Source of the DNA: Setoptus koraiensis
Taxonomy: Eukaryota; Animalia; Arthropoda
Assembly: GCA_048013815.1 (NCBI GenBank)
Contig: CM106586.1
Span: forward strand, 14,446,001 to 14,510,000
DNA: 64,000 nt
Direction: 5' to 3'
Shown: positions 47,698-60,600 of the stretch, piece by piece
Position numbering within the stretch: the first letter of the stretch is position 1
Layout: every line of letters starts with the position of its first letter
Program-made: the position numbers and the translations under genes
Notes under the pieces: model-generated
What the model saw: the letters and a program-made list of their open reading frames with translations, nothing else
What the model was told of the DNA's origin: nothing
Database searches by the model: none

Positions 47698-48479
47698 CTG
47701 CTGCTGCTGTTGTTGTTGTTGTTGTTGTCGCTGGTGCTGCTGTTGGACGGAACGGTCGCGCTGGGCACCAGCGCTACATTGGTGTGGCTGTCAGCGGCGG
47801 CGGCCGCATTACCCGACAGGTACTGCTGATGTTGGTCGGAAGCGGTGCATATCGGCATGGCGTTGTCGGTGACAACATTCTCTAGCTCGGCGTAGCTAAA
47901 CGTTGTTGGCGTGTTGTTTGTTGTGGTGGTTGTTGTTGCTGTATTATCTTCGTCGTCATCTGCGTCGTCGTCGTCGTCGTCGTCGTCGTCGACATCGCAC
48001 TCGTTGGCGTTGCTGTCGGGCGTTGGGGTAGGATTTGGGGTATTTGTTGTTGCGCTGGCCTTGCACTTGCCGTTGGGCTCCTCCGCGCCAGCTTTATCGC
48101 AATAGATGCTGCCCGACATAGAGGGCGCAGCAGTGGCTGCTGTTTGGCCACAGTCGGCAGTCGACAATTGCATCACCGGCGACCATGATTGTCTGAACTG
48201 CATATTGGCCCCATTATTATCATCGGCGGGCCTTTTCTTGCTGCTCGATGTCATCATGTTGTTGTTGGCACTCGCTTGAGTGGCGCCGCTCGTGGTCCCG
48301 TCGAGCTGGCACGGGCAGTTGCTGGGCCGCTGTTGCTGTTGCTGTTGTTGTTGCTGTTGCTGCTGCTGGCGGGCCCCGGCGAACAGTATTTGTCCGCCAG
48401 GCGTCGTTATTGTTTGCTCGCTGACGAAATGTCGCCCGTCCGATTGTTGATGCACCAACTGCTCGTCGCGACTCTGCTG
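32790..48479 (-). CDS. Giant stop-free reading frame / giant exon (~15.7 kb, >5,100 aa), intrinsically-disordered-type protein of unknown family
   Basis: The frame is open from 48479 (upstream TGA at 48482-48480) to the stop at 32790. The first ATG is at 48257; the track's start at 48458 is a TTG. Composition is Q/N/S/A/G/T/D-rich with homopolymer tracts. A strong donor CCAG|GTAAGC lies at 32810, 7 codons before the stop. An open frame this long cannot be chance. Confidence 0.9.
47611..47694 (-). repeat. Perfect hexanucleotide microsatellite (TCGTTG)x14 encoding (Asn-Asp)n in the giant ORF
   Basis: Uninterrupted TCGTTG run on the + strand, translated NDNDND... on the minus strand. Confidence 0.95.
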
Positions 48480-51420
48480 TCAGTTTGCGCCAATTCAATT
48501 TATGACAATTGGCGCATTATTTGCATGCGTCCACACCGGACAGCGGCGGATCGAGACGGCACAGTGAGGGGCGCAAGGGGAAGAGGGGAAAAAGAAGAAA
48601 GGGGCTCGTATTAGCGACTTGCGGATTACTGGAGCTGATTAGATTCGGCTGACTAGGCTGCTGCATCGCTCCACGCGTCATTGTCGGCGCGTTTCGATGC
48701 GGCCCGACGCGTCAATGTTTCGGCGCGGCCCGACGAGGCGGCTCGGGTAGAGCAGTCGTTTTTGGGGTTGCAGTGTTTGTGCAAAGTCGGAAACCGAGTT
48801 GGCACCTCCAATTGGTGCCAATTCGGCTCGCTCAATGCAATGGCGCATCGGCGTGCTTTCGCTTTGGGGCCCGGTGGCCCCAAAGCGCAATGGCCGACCA
48901 TTGCCGACCAATGCAATGGCAATAAATATGCATTGGCTGGCAATGGTCGGCGGCCCAATGGGTTAATCGTCGTCGCGCTGGTGGCAATATCAATAAATGG
49001 CAATTGTTGTTATCATTTATCAGTGCCTTATCAGCGAGTTTATAATAATAACTGGCCGCCAGGCTGGCTGGCTCACGCAAACAAATATTGCGGTCACACA
49101 ATGAGTCGCACACACACTGGCCCTCGGACAACAAACACACACACACACACACACCCGACTGGCCAGTCGCATCCCCAGTTATGGGGCCAGCGGACAGAGC
49201 GACCGATTAGGAACAACGGCCGATAACAACATATCTGCCATGTTTGGGGCCCGACGCTGGCTCGCGGCCCCAAACTGGCCTCGAACTGGCCCCAAACCGA
49301 GCTCGCCAAAAGCTCGGTTTGGGGCCAGAATCGCCGAGCCGGCCCCGTTGGCCACGAGCGAGCCCGTTGGCGGGCAGCGCAAACACCGCTGCTCGCTTCA
49401 CATACTCGTGCGTATATCGCTGTTCGTATCGCCAGCGGCCGCCCCCTGTCGACATACACAGATATATTGGCGCCAGTCGGATTGTGGCCAATATACGGCC
49501 AATATGCTGTCGGGGGCGCAATTGTTGTTGACGCACACACACACACACACGTACCACTAAATGGATTGAAAAGTAAATAGCGCGCCGGGCACGTTCTTTT
49601 TGGCCAGCTAACCCAGTTAGCGGTCCGCTCGGCGTCCAGTTGGGGCCCGGCCGGCGGCCGCTCGGCGCTGTCCATCAAAACTGTCTGTCCGCGCTTTGTT
49701 ATCGAGCAGCGCACGATCTAAATTCATCGACTGGCGCCTGCCGGACGGTGGCCGCCGCTCTCGCTGTGGCGCCCGCGATTCTCTGCCCGTCCGCAGTCCG
49801 CCGGCCGCCGTAGCGGGCCCAATAGCTGCAGTGCGGCGCTCCGGTCAGCGGCACCACTTAGGCGCATTTAGAGTGCGCACCGCCCAAAGCTGCCATTTGG
49901 CCGGCCAGTTGCGCCGCCGGTGCACCCGGCCAGCAGATACTGCGGCCAACAGATACAGCGGCTGCCGCATGCGGAAAAGGCACCACAAGCGGAAGCGGGC
50001 CCCTCCAATGCTCTCTGGCGGCCGCACACTAACACTAGCACACACGCCGCAGACATTTATTGGGCACGGCCCGCCGCAATATGCTGCGGGCCGGGCCGCA
50101 ATGGCTGCCAATCATGCAAATCGATAACGGTCATCAAGTGCTCATTTGGCGCTCATTGGGGCCCGCCTTGCGCGTGATCCGATGCCCGCACGAATGGGCG
50201 CCCGGCGGACAGAATTATGCAAAGTCAGCCGGCACACACAAGCCGGACTGGCTGGCCGGTCTTATCGGGCAGGCCGTGAGCGACAGCCACACCGGCGGCC
50301 GCGAGCCGGGCTCAGGTGACGGCCGCCCCGAAAACTACACCCGAAATTACTGGTGGCAACAAACGGCACCGGACTGGGTCTTGTGATCGCGGCGTAACGG
50401 TATTCTCTGGCCCTAGCAGCGGGCTCGGCGCGGCTCTGGCGGCGGGCTCGGCGCGGCTCTGGCAGCGGACTCGCCGCCGGTCTGCTGTGACCCGCAATAC
50501 GGGCTGCCGGGGCTGGAGCAGAGAGCGTAGACGCGGATATTGATGGATCGGATAATAAATTAAAACATGCAAATAATCGATCGCTATTGTTGCGCAACGG
50601 CTTCGCCACTAATACCGTTGCCGGTGCTTTTGTCATGCAAATTGCGCCACGACCAAACGGACCGAATGAACCAAATGGGCTAAATGGACGGGCTACACAC
50701 CGTCTATTTGTACAACAACAAACACAAACACTTGACCACACAAACACGCACAGTAATTAAATAGAAACGTACGTGTTACCGGCCCGACCGGCCCATCCCA
50801 GATTCGCCGCGAAATTGCGCTTCGGATTGCGGCGCGGATCGCGCCTCGGATTCCGCTCGGGATTGGGCGATTTGGCGATTTGGGCAATTGCAAAAGGCAG
50901 GGGCGCCCGCTGAAACTGGCCGCTCGGGCTGCCCAATTTCAATTAATACCAGTCATCACATAAATAAACAATGCGCCAATTCATGGCCAGTGCTGATTAT
51001 ACGCTTGCAGGCGGGCCGACGGGCCGACGGGCGGGCCGGCGGGCAGGTTGCAGTTTGAATAATCGGTAATTATATGACATAATCATTGTAGCAACAACAA
51101 CATCGTGACATAATGACATGTTAATAAGCAATGCGGCGCATTGTGTCGTTGCAACATTGCACAACATGCGACATTTATTGCGCCGGCGAGCTTGCCACGA
51201 CACAAGCCAAGCGCGTGCCGGCCATATCGAGCTAGCTCGTAATTCACACGACAACTAGCGACAAAAAACACATTACACACGCGGCCGTGGAGCGCACATT
51301 ACACAGCAGTTTAGCGGGCCGCAGTTTACCGGGCCGGTTTGCCGGCGATAAAGCGCCGGGCAGCGACGGCGGCCGAAGGAGCCCGTTTGACTTGTCTGCT
51401 CGGGCTCGCTCGGCTCGGAT

Positions 51421-51461
51421 CGCCGGACCTCGGACGCCGGACCTCGGACGCCGGACCTCGG
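51421..51461 (+). repeat. 14-bp tandem repeat x3
   Basis: CGCCGGACCTCGGA repeated. Confidence 0.85.
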
Positions 51462-54400
51462 CTCGGCTGGCCGCGCGAACCGAGGCTCGAGATTGACGCG
51501 CACTTGCGGCGCCGTCGGCCACTTACGCAACTCATACCGGCGCACTTGTCCATTCGCATCAATATACACTGTTTATATACGCAGTGTATCAGACGCAACA
51601 GCAACCACAACAACGGCAACAACATTAGCAATACCAACAGCAACAACAACAGCAACAACGACAACGGATACAATGTTACGTAATGGCCGCTGACGTGCTG
51701 ATGCCGATCGCAAACCGCAGGTTATCATTAATATTGTATGTTGGCCAGTTTATTGACAGTGAGCTGCGCCGAAGACCGGCAACATTAGCGACGCCGGCTA
51801 CATAGATAGATTATTAATGACGAGCTCGGGCCCCTTTCTGGCTCGCCCGCCCCCCGGTGCCGTATAGCAGCGCTTGGCGTGGTATCACATGCTATTATTA
51901 CTGGCGCATTATTATTTTATTTTACGCTTATGTACTTATACTATCCGCGAAAACAAACACACATTCATATGTACATACTGAGCGCGGGCAAAAACCCAAA
52001 GCACGGCCACAAACCGCCGGCCCAGGTGCCCGCGCCCGGCCCAACGGGCCGCCGCCGCCGCCCCCGGCTGGCGGCGCCAAAGCTTTGCAAACTTGCCGAA
52101 AGAATTCACCAAGCGTCAAGATTGGCAAGCTTCATATTGGTGCATGGTTGGCATCATATTGTGTGTGTGTGTGATGGGTATCAATAAATACAACTGAAGA
52201 GAAAATTTCATCGTGATCAATCTTCATTGGGCCCCATTTATTATATGCTGGCGGCTGGGCGCCACCATGAGTCGCGCTCATCCGCTATGTATGGCGGCCG
52301 GGCGCAAACTCTCAATGGAGCTCAATGCAGCACACAAACGGATATATCGGCGAACGTGAGATATCGACAGCGAGCAGCCCGCCAGGATTATCTATCGATA
52401 TCCCAATATGACACCAGTACGCTTAAGCGTCTTGGCGCTGGCTCGCCGGGCGCCCGCCAGCACGTGTCCCAACAAGTGAATCGTGCCATCGACTAGATTA
52501 TGTTCTGGATTGAGTGGTTAAGCCGGCGCCGCCGCCGGCAGCTCAATTTGATGTCGCCCATGATAGTTGCGATATTGATTTGCACTTGATTGTTGCGCGA
52601 ACAATTGGCTTGCCCAGCCTGTGGGCCCGTTCGGTCCGCCTGTCAGGTTGCACGAGCGGGCCCACGGTCAGACTCGTCGGCATTGTCTTCGGCTGCTGGC
52701 GACATCTCTAGCTGCTGGAAACATTTCGAGCGTCTCAACGAAAAAAAACTTGGTCCCGGGACTCGAGAGAGAGCGCGATTATCGCGCTCGAAAATCGAGC
52801 TCGCGATTTCCAGTCACTTTTTTCAAGTTGCAAAGTGGCAAGCTTTTTTCGCGCGGGCGCCTCACAAACTTTGCCGTGCGCCGGCAATGAAATGTAATCT
52901 GTGTATGTGTGTGTGTCGTCGCCAAGCGACCACGGATAAAAACTAATGCGCAAAATATGCATTTGTCTATCTGGGGCCCATCTAATGAATACCAGCCAGA
53001 CAACATTGATGAACGCTAATGATTTGAACGTTTTCGCGCCCATCTTTTTCTCCCCACGCCCACCGCATCTTCTCTCGGCCAGTGAAGGTAGTGCGTTTGT
53101 TTGTTTCAGTGTCTGGCCCCACCCCCGCCCCCGAATCCAATATTGCACAACTGACGGCGCCTCGAAATGACCCCATTTTGTTTTTGAGCCAACAGCCCGG
53201 CGCACGCAATACGGTGCGAAATCGCAATGGGGCCCGCGACTTTGGTCGGTCATTCAACTCGGTCGGTTCAATTGATTGGGGGGGGGGTCATTATGCCCGC
53301 TCAATCTGACATCATACATATTCATATTTGTGTGTGAGTGGCGCCCGTTGTTGTCTGGCAGCAGCCACAGAAAATCTGACGTCCGACAATCTGAGAAAAT
53401 CTGGCGCCATTCAAATTTGCCCTGCTGTCGATTTCCACACTCGTCAGAAAGAATTTCTCTTCGAATTTCTCAATATATAATTCCAAGTTCTCAATATATA
53501 GCTCGAACTTCTCAATATATATTTCTTATTTCTCGATGATGTAACGACTCGACTTACACTTGTGCGCCCAACCTAGGTGAATCGTGCTCTCACGGTGTCG
53601 AGTGAGGCGAATTTCCGGGCATTTAATTTTTCAGTTCACGCAAATTCGACTGCAAGCCGAAAGAGAGTGTTTTTCATTATTTCGTGGGAAATTAGCGCCT
53701 GAAAAATCAGTGAATTCGCGGGAAAAAGATTTTTTCTCGGTGACTTCCGCAAAAAGATGCTCGGTTCACACGGTTTGCGGCTTTCGGCAATCAGATTTCC
53801 ATTTGTTATTTGTTTGTTTCGTGGTTATAGCAGCATGCGTGCAGTTAACACTTGTCTCGTTCGCGGGCTTTTCACCTCGATCATGGCCCACGTTCGTGCC
53901 AGATATTCGGTAAATATGGCACTCAATCGATCGTTGCGTATGCTATCAGCAGGGCTGGTAATCGGCTCCTGGGGCATGATACAGACGAAAAAAAAAACGC
54001 AAACGATCATGATAAATGGGTTTTTTGTGCGATAATTGAAAAAATAACCAAATTGAGACAATCAGCGAAAATGTTGCTCGTGCAAACACACGTGCCGTGT
54101 TGCTTTTTCGTTCGCACCTTGGCAAGTTTGCCATCACATTTGCCGCACCCAATCACGAATGCACAACATACCGGCGAAGCTCGCATCATTTGCCTGTCTG
54201 GACAATATTCAATTTAATCATTATTTGCGCATCGAGCGAGCTAAGTGAGATGCGGCCATTAGAAGGACAAAACAAGAGTGATGAATAGATAGATTGAGGC
54301 AATAGATCAGTCACAGTGGCCATGTCGCGCTCGAGTCTAGACTCTGTCATCCTTCAGGCTCCAACTGGCTGGCCGAAAGTTGTGTGAAAGCGCATCTCGA

Positions 54401-57400
54401 GCGGGCCCCAAAATAGCATGCAATTGTAAAAGTCAGCACGTCACACGATTACATAATAACTTGCCAGCTTCGTATGACACAGTTCGGTTTGGCTGAACAT
54501 TATTAACTCATATTGAACGGCTCATATCTTTTGAGGGCGCACGAGCAGGCTTAATGCACGCCCTCATGTTGCCCATCTTGAATGATTATTATTATATTTC
54601 TATGGGACTCGCTAGTAGCAACTCAGTTATGTGACTGTTTGTGCCATTGTTGTTATAATTTCTATTCTTCTCTATTCCATGGCCATCATTTCTGTTTGGC
54701 AGCAGCATCATAAATAAAGGCAACAGAGACACCCGAAAAATGTTGTCATTTTTCGGCCACATTTAATCCCGTCGTCGCCGGCTGGCCACTCCGGCAAGTC
54801 TAGACGTTGATGGCTGTGACCTTCGATATGCAACAAAACAAACAGCTCGTCGTCGTTTGGCAAGAAAGGGCCCAATTGTGCCAGGCACATCAAGTGGCGG
54901 CTATTAGAGCCGGAAAATATTGAAAAATATTGGAAAATATCATAGACTAAAACGGATTCGCTCATAATAACAAAGTGTCTAGTGCGGCTGAAATGTACTC
55001 AACAGTTTGCCGCTGAAAATATCAATGTTAGATCGCGATGACCGAAACGAAATCATGAACAAAATTTGAGAAATGGCGTCGTTTCGTTTTTGGTTGGCGG
55101 CCCGGCGCGCAACCAAAAAAAGTGCAACACAGCAGCCAGTCAAGTTTGATGCAAAAAACGGTTTAAATAATCATTAGATACCAAAGTAACATTTCGTTTT
55201 TTATACCAGTTTTCAGACCGTGTACAATTGGTGGACGAGCAGACTTTTTGGCTACTGTTGTTGGTTGCTTGTATGGCACCAACCGAAAAAGCAGTGTATG
55301 ACAGTCATACATAACAAGTGGTTTGGTGATGCCGCTTAACGGGGCCCATTTCTCACTTTTGCCTGCCCAGTATCATCTGTCGTCTAATAAATAGTTGATA
55401 TTCATTATTATAATGTCGCCTTAGCTCGAGGACGATTGCGAGCGCATTCGTTTATGCTATCTGGCTTGGCGCGTTTATGCGCGTTATCATGAGCCTGTTA
55501 TCTAGAACAAAGAAAATTACATAACAATAGCACTTACGCCTTATTTTCGCTTACACTTGTGTGTCGCGCCGCACCGACAACAATGGCGCAACAACGGCAA
55601 CAACAACGGCAACAACAACAGCCAACCAAATAGGTCCCGCCAACTGGCAACCTGACAGATGATAGATAAAAACAATGGGCGAAACAATTGAACAGAACGG
55701 GGGGCCTCGCTATTTATCACCGGCCGGCGAGCCACTTGGCCGGTTAGCTGTTGGAGCGGGCTAAATTGAAAATCAACAAGCGAGCGAGCGTTGTGAGTCT
55801 TGTTGGGATCTTAAGCTCTGCGGGCTCTTTAGTAATCTAGGCAGCAGCAACAGCAGCAACGGGGGCGCCGAAAAATGTATGAGCCGCCGGAGAACACAAC
55901 AATAGATTGGGTGTCATCTGTGCAGATAGCCCGGCGCCGGCGCCAAAATGTATTCACTTTGTAGTTGGCGTTGTGCCCCCCGTCTGTGAATTTCAAATCG
56001 AAGCGCACCCATCTCTTTCAATCATCTTCTCGTGGCTGCTTTTTGTTTGCTTGTGCCTTCCGAGAAAATAAAATCCAACCGACGGGCCCCACTCGAGCCG
56101 GCAAATGGTGCGGCCTGTCTAGACACTCGTGGCGGCTTGTTAGACGCGCACGCCGTTAACAGTTTGACTCTAACTGGCTAGACTGCTAAACTCTAACTGC
56201 AAGTTACAGCCAGTTACGGGCCGAGGGACATGTGTAACTGGAGATGATCATATATTATAAGTGCATGTTGTTGCTGAAAATTGTTAATTTGGTCCAAGCA
56301 AGCCAGTTAGGTATTTGTTCTGGGGGCCTCGTTTTTTTCTTTCTCTTTCTCTCTGTCTAGTGCTCGTGTTTTGTCGCTCGTTTTCGTTTTTTCTTTCCCT
56401 TTCGCTTCCCTTTCTCTTGCTCTCTCTCTCTCTGCCATTACTTGTTAGATCATCTCCTTACTTGTCCTCGTGCCTCTAAATAGAAGCGACCTGCACATTG
56501 TATACATATTCTTTGGATTCATTTTTAAACCACCGGTGCGTCACTGCTTGTTTACGTGACGTTTCTGGCTGCAGCGAATTGAATTCAAGTGATTTCTTGA
56601 GCGTATGTAAAGTGAATGTTTCTAATTCTGGCCCCACACAAAGAAAAAAAGAGCCAGACCTTGTTCGGCAGCCCGCCATACTTGGGCAGAACGTGGCACA
56701 ATTGGGCCCCAATCCAATCCATTCCATCCAGCCAGTGCTGTGTGTATATAGACCCATGCGGCTTGGCAATAATAATGTGCGCTTCTGTGTTGTATTTATA
56801 TTTTGCACACTTCGGGGCCAATCCACCGCACGACCGCTTGCCTACCTGCCGGCTGGCCGCACAAGACCTAATTAACGGCATCTAATTAGTTCCGTATGTG
56901 CCCGTTATCTAATATTTAGCGACAATGGGGCCGATTTGCAGCAAGCGGCAGCTAGCCAACACTTGCGCTTGCATCGCAAGTTTGGCCAACCCCATCCAAA
57001 GTTTGCATTCCAAACTAATCAGCCGACACACACACAGGTACACAGTGTAACAGTCATCCTTGGGGTCCGGCCAATAAGACACACAACAGCAGCGCCAACA
57101 TCTGCCGTTATTGGCAGTGGCGCAGAGGCGCTGTCAGGCCCGCAAGTTGGGGCGACGCGCGCGCGCGCGACTTAAACTACCATAAAGATCGGATTGCACT
57201 TTATTTATCTGTTATGTGATGTAATGTTGTGTCATGTTATGTAATGTCGTGTTGTGTGCAGCAGGCACACACCGATCACAGTGCAGCGAGTTGGGTGCTG
57301 CTCGTTGGGGCCCCACGAACTCGGGTTCGCGGGGCCCAACGAGTTCGCCGGCCGCCAATTCGATGGCGTGTGTTTTATTTAGACCGAACGGATCAGACGA

Positions 57401-57475
57401 GCGCCCAAAAGAACCCATGATCAGAGGTTATTGTTTCTGTTCGTTTTCCGTTACTTTGGGGCCCGTTTCTGTCTC

Positions 57476-57617
57476 TGTTGTTGTCGTTGCTGCTGTCGTT
57501 GCTGTTGTTGTTGCTGCTGTTGTTGCTGCTGCTGCTGTTGTTGCTGCTGTTGTCGTTGCTGTTGTTGCTGTTGCTGTTGTCGTTGCTGTTGTTGCTGTTG
57601 TTGTTGCTGTTGTCGTT
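57476..57617 (+). repeat. Compound trinucleotide microsatellite (GTT/GCT/GTC)n
   Basis: About 140-bp run of GTT/GCT/GTC triplets (CAA/CAG-type on the minus strand). Confidence 0.95.
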
Positions 57618-60600
57618 GGCTGGCTGGCTGGCCGCTAACCGGAATTGCGTGTTAGACCAGCATTAGTTGGTTGGCGCTGTTTCGTTCGCCAGTAATTTCG
57701 CACTACTTGTGTGCGTGCGTGTGTTTATTTGGGGTCCCTATGGTGCCGACAACTAATGCGAAGACAGCGCACACACACACACACACAATCGGAGCGCCAG
57801 AGTCACTCAAACTGCCAACTGCCAGCCAGAAGCTGGCCCCAGTTGAAAGTTGAGAATTGTTGCTGAGAATTGTGTCGAATTGACCCGAATTGTCGGCCCG
57901 AAAAGGCACAAGCGGTGGCGCCCAAGCGGCCAGTACAACAGGGGCCTCCACTAGAACAGGTGCTAACGAGGCAAACACCAGCGCCAGGCGGCGATAAACA
58001 AAACAAATTTCATTTGACGTTTTGCTGTTCGACTCGTGCTGTCCACGTGACGCCGAGCTTGTGAGCGCTGAGCTCGCAATTCCAGGCCAGGCCGCTGACC
58101 AGGGGCTAGTGGCCATTGGTCAGCAGCCTGGCAATTTAGCAACAATATAGCGAAATATTAACATGGGCCCCTCCGCCCTTTGTGACCCTATATAGAGAGA
58201 TCGGGATATATTTGAGGTGAGGGGGGCCTCACTTGGTCGACAGTGAATTTTTGCATTGCGACACAGTGTTGTCGCTCTCGTCAGCACAACTGGCGGCACT
58301 GCGGCCGCAACAACGCCATCGGACCGAATAAATGGCGCGCATCTTGCTGGTCTGTGCCAACAAACCCGGCCCATCGGCCCAGCGCACAGATCCCTCAGAT
58401 AAAACGGCTCGGGCCCCAATTTGGTCCGATTCCGCGCCCCCGTAAGTCGGCGCTGGTGTGTGGATATTGGGGCATTATATCGCGCGGCAGCGTTACCTTT
58501 TGTGGCCGGGGTGGCACCGTGATGCACGGCAAATGATTCTTTTTTTAGAATGAGCCCTTTTAATTTCGATGCGCGCTCCTCAAATGAAATTAGCTTGAAA
58601 TTAGTTGCAAAGTTGCCAATATGCAAAGTTATTCGAGTTGCGTGCTCAGTCAGGCATAAGTCACACAAGAGGAAGCGCAATACACACACACACACACACA
58701 CACCGTCAAGTGTGCCCGTCACCGAGAGGATCCAAGAGTGGCCCACGCGTAGAAAGAGACTTGGCGCAAAGACTCAACGCGCCAGACGAAAACAACCAAT
58801 CTCCGCTGGGGCTCGCAAGCCTCAATAACTGTCAAGACTGTGCGACGCTGATGCTGCCGGCCTCCGGCTCGAGCCCGCCAACCGCCGAGGCCAGCATTCG
58901 AAATGCGAAAGCGTCACCAAAAATCCGCTCGGAAGGATGCTACTCGAGCCGAACTGGCAGGCCTGTCGCGTCAGTATCCGATTTGGCCAATTGAGAAATC
59001 AGTTTCTTTCCTCTTTTTTTTTCTCTCTCTCTCTCCCCGGCTCCCGCTAATACAAGCCGTCACATCGACGGATTAGCCACTGTCGCTGTTGTGCGCTGTT
59101 TCGAGCTGGAATTGTTGTCGCTGCTGCGAGAAAAGAACGGGGACCCTTATTAGGCCCAATCTTATTATCCATGATACCATTATCATAAGGCGAAACTCTT
59201 GTGCGACTCTCAAATTCGCAAAGAATTTCAGTAGCATGCTGGCTAATTGCTTTGGCAGAGCTGACAGGAATACGGATGAATCTTGTGGCGCACGACCTGT
59301 GTCGCTAGGGCGAAATTCTCGCCATTTTCAACCAGCTTACTCTTTGAATGTCTAGACTGGACCAAAGATCAGAGAAATTTAGTGAGAAATCCTCGCTAAA
59401 CCACTGATTTTGTGTCTAACACATCTATTTCGTCTCTCATACGTGGCAGCGGTTATAAGCGCACAATGTCCGGTGCCCCGTTCTGTTCATCTATCTCCGC
59501 GAAAACTCTCGAGCCCCGTTGTATGATACAACTTGTATCTGACGTAGTGTGCCGGCTTGAATGGTTTCAGCCAAATGCCTTTTAATTTCAGAAATAAAGG
59601 GTATTTTCTGCTAATTGGCCATAATGGGGGCACTTTGTCAGAAACAGATGCAAAAGGCATGCCCAAAGCAGCCGACCGGGGACCCGTACCCGGCAGCCTA
59701 ATCGGGCCCAGATGGGCCTGTTCGGGCGTGGGCGAGGGCTCAAGGGTATTTGGCGGACTTCAATAACAAACCGATTCGTGCCTGTTGATAATAAAAAAAA
59801 TCCACCAAAAAATCTCTCGCTTCACAACACCAACCCGCTTTGTACCTGATACCAGTTTTTTTTGCCGACACTCGTGCGAATCTGGCTTCCAAACTCAGAC
59901 CAAACCCGCCCAAGGAGATATCTTTACCCGTTCGCTGGTGCCCGCAAGCTGATGGGGTACTCAAAGCTTTACCCGAAACGTAGCCGCTGCACAACTGGAA
60001 TCATTCATTGCCAATGAATCATTGGTCAGCTTTTTCGTCGCAGAACGTGGAAATTGGCAAGTCTAATTTAAACGAAAAAGTTTTTTCAAAGACGGGTCTG
60101 TCTGAATGAGAGCCACTTTTTGCGCACGCCGTTTCGTGACGTGCAGCACGTCTATGCGCGAATGGTAATCTCAAATTCTTTCGAAATTGTTAGTTTAGCG
60201 CTTAGAAGAGCTAGCGAACAGGCGAACGTACAAATTGATTTTAGGTGTGCGACGATAATCGAAATAGGCTGGCTCCTTATACAACTGGATTCAACACAAT
60301 TCAACGGAAGCTTTTCGATTTCGGTCGGTCTCGATGAGCGCCGAAAAAAACGTGACTGCCGTTTATGGGGCCGCAAAAAGTTTCAACTTGACCTCAATGT
60401 GTTTTACCTGCGGTAAAATACATGATTGAGCGGAAGCTAATCATGTATTTTCATTCAATCAGTTTGTCTATCGGTCAAGTTGGGGCAACAGCTTCGCGTT
60501 GGCCGATGATTAGATTGACTAGTTAGTTTAGCGAAGTTGACGAGCGTATAAACAAAGCTCTTGTCTGGTGTAACGATGTCTGCCAGCGAAAGCATGTGTT

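Noticed and set aside
32816-48614. Numerous 60-360-aa ORFs on the + strand and in alternate minus frames over the giant ORF (poly-Leu/Val/Cys, Arg/Pro-rich)
   Set aside because: They are antisense or frame shadows of a GC-rich, triplet-repeat-rich coding exon; their compositions are exactly those expected from CAA/CAG/AAC/GAC repeats read in other frames.
54708-54965. 85-aa ATG-initiated minus-strand ORF as a possible first exon of the giant gene
   Set aside because: No strong in-frame donor was found, its N-terminal part derives from an AAAATATT repeat, and there is no homology recognisable by eye.
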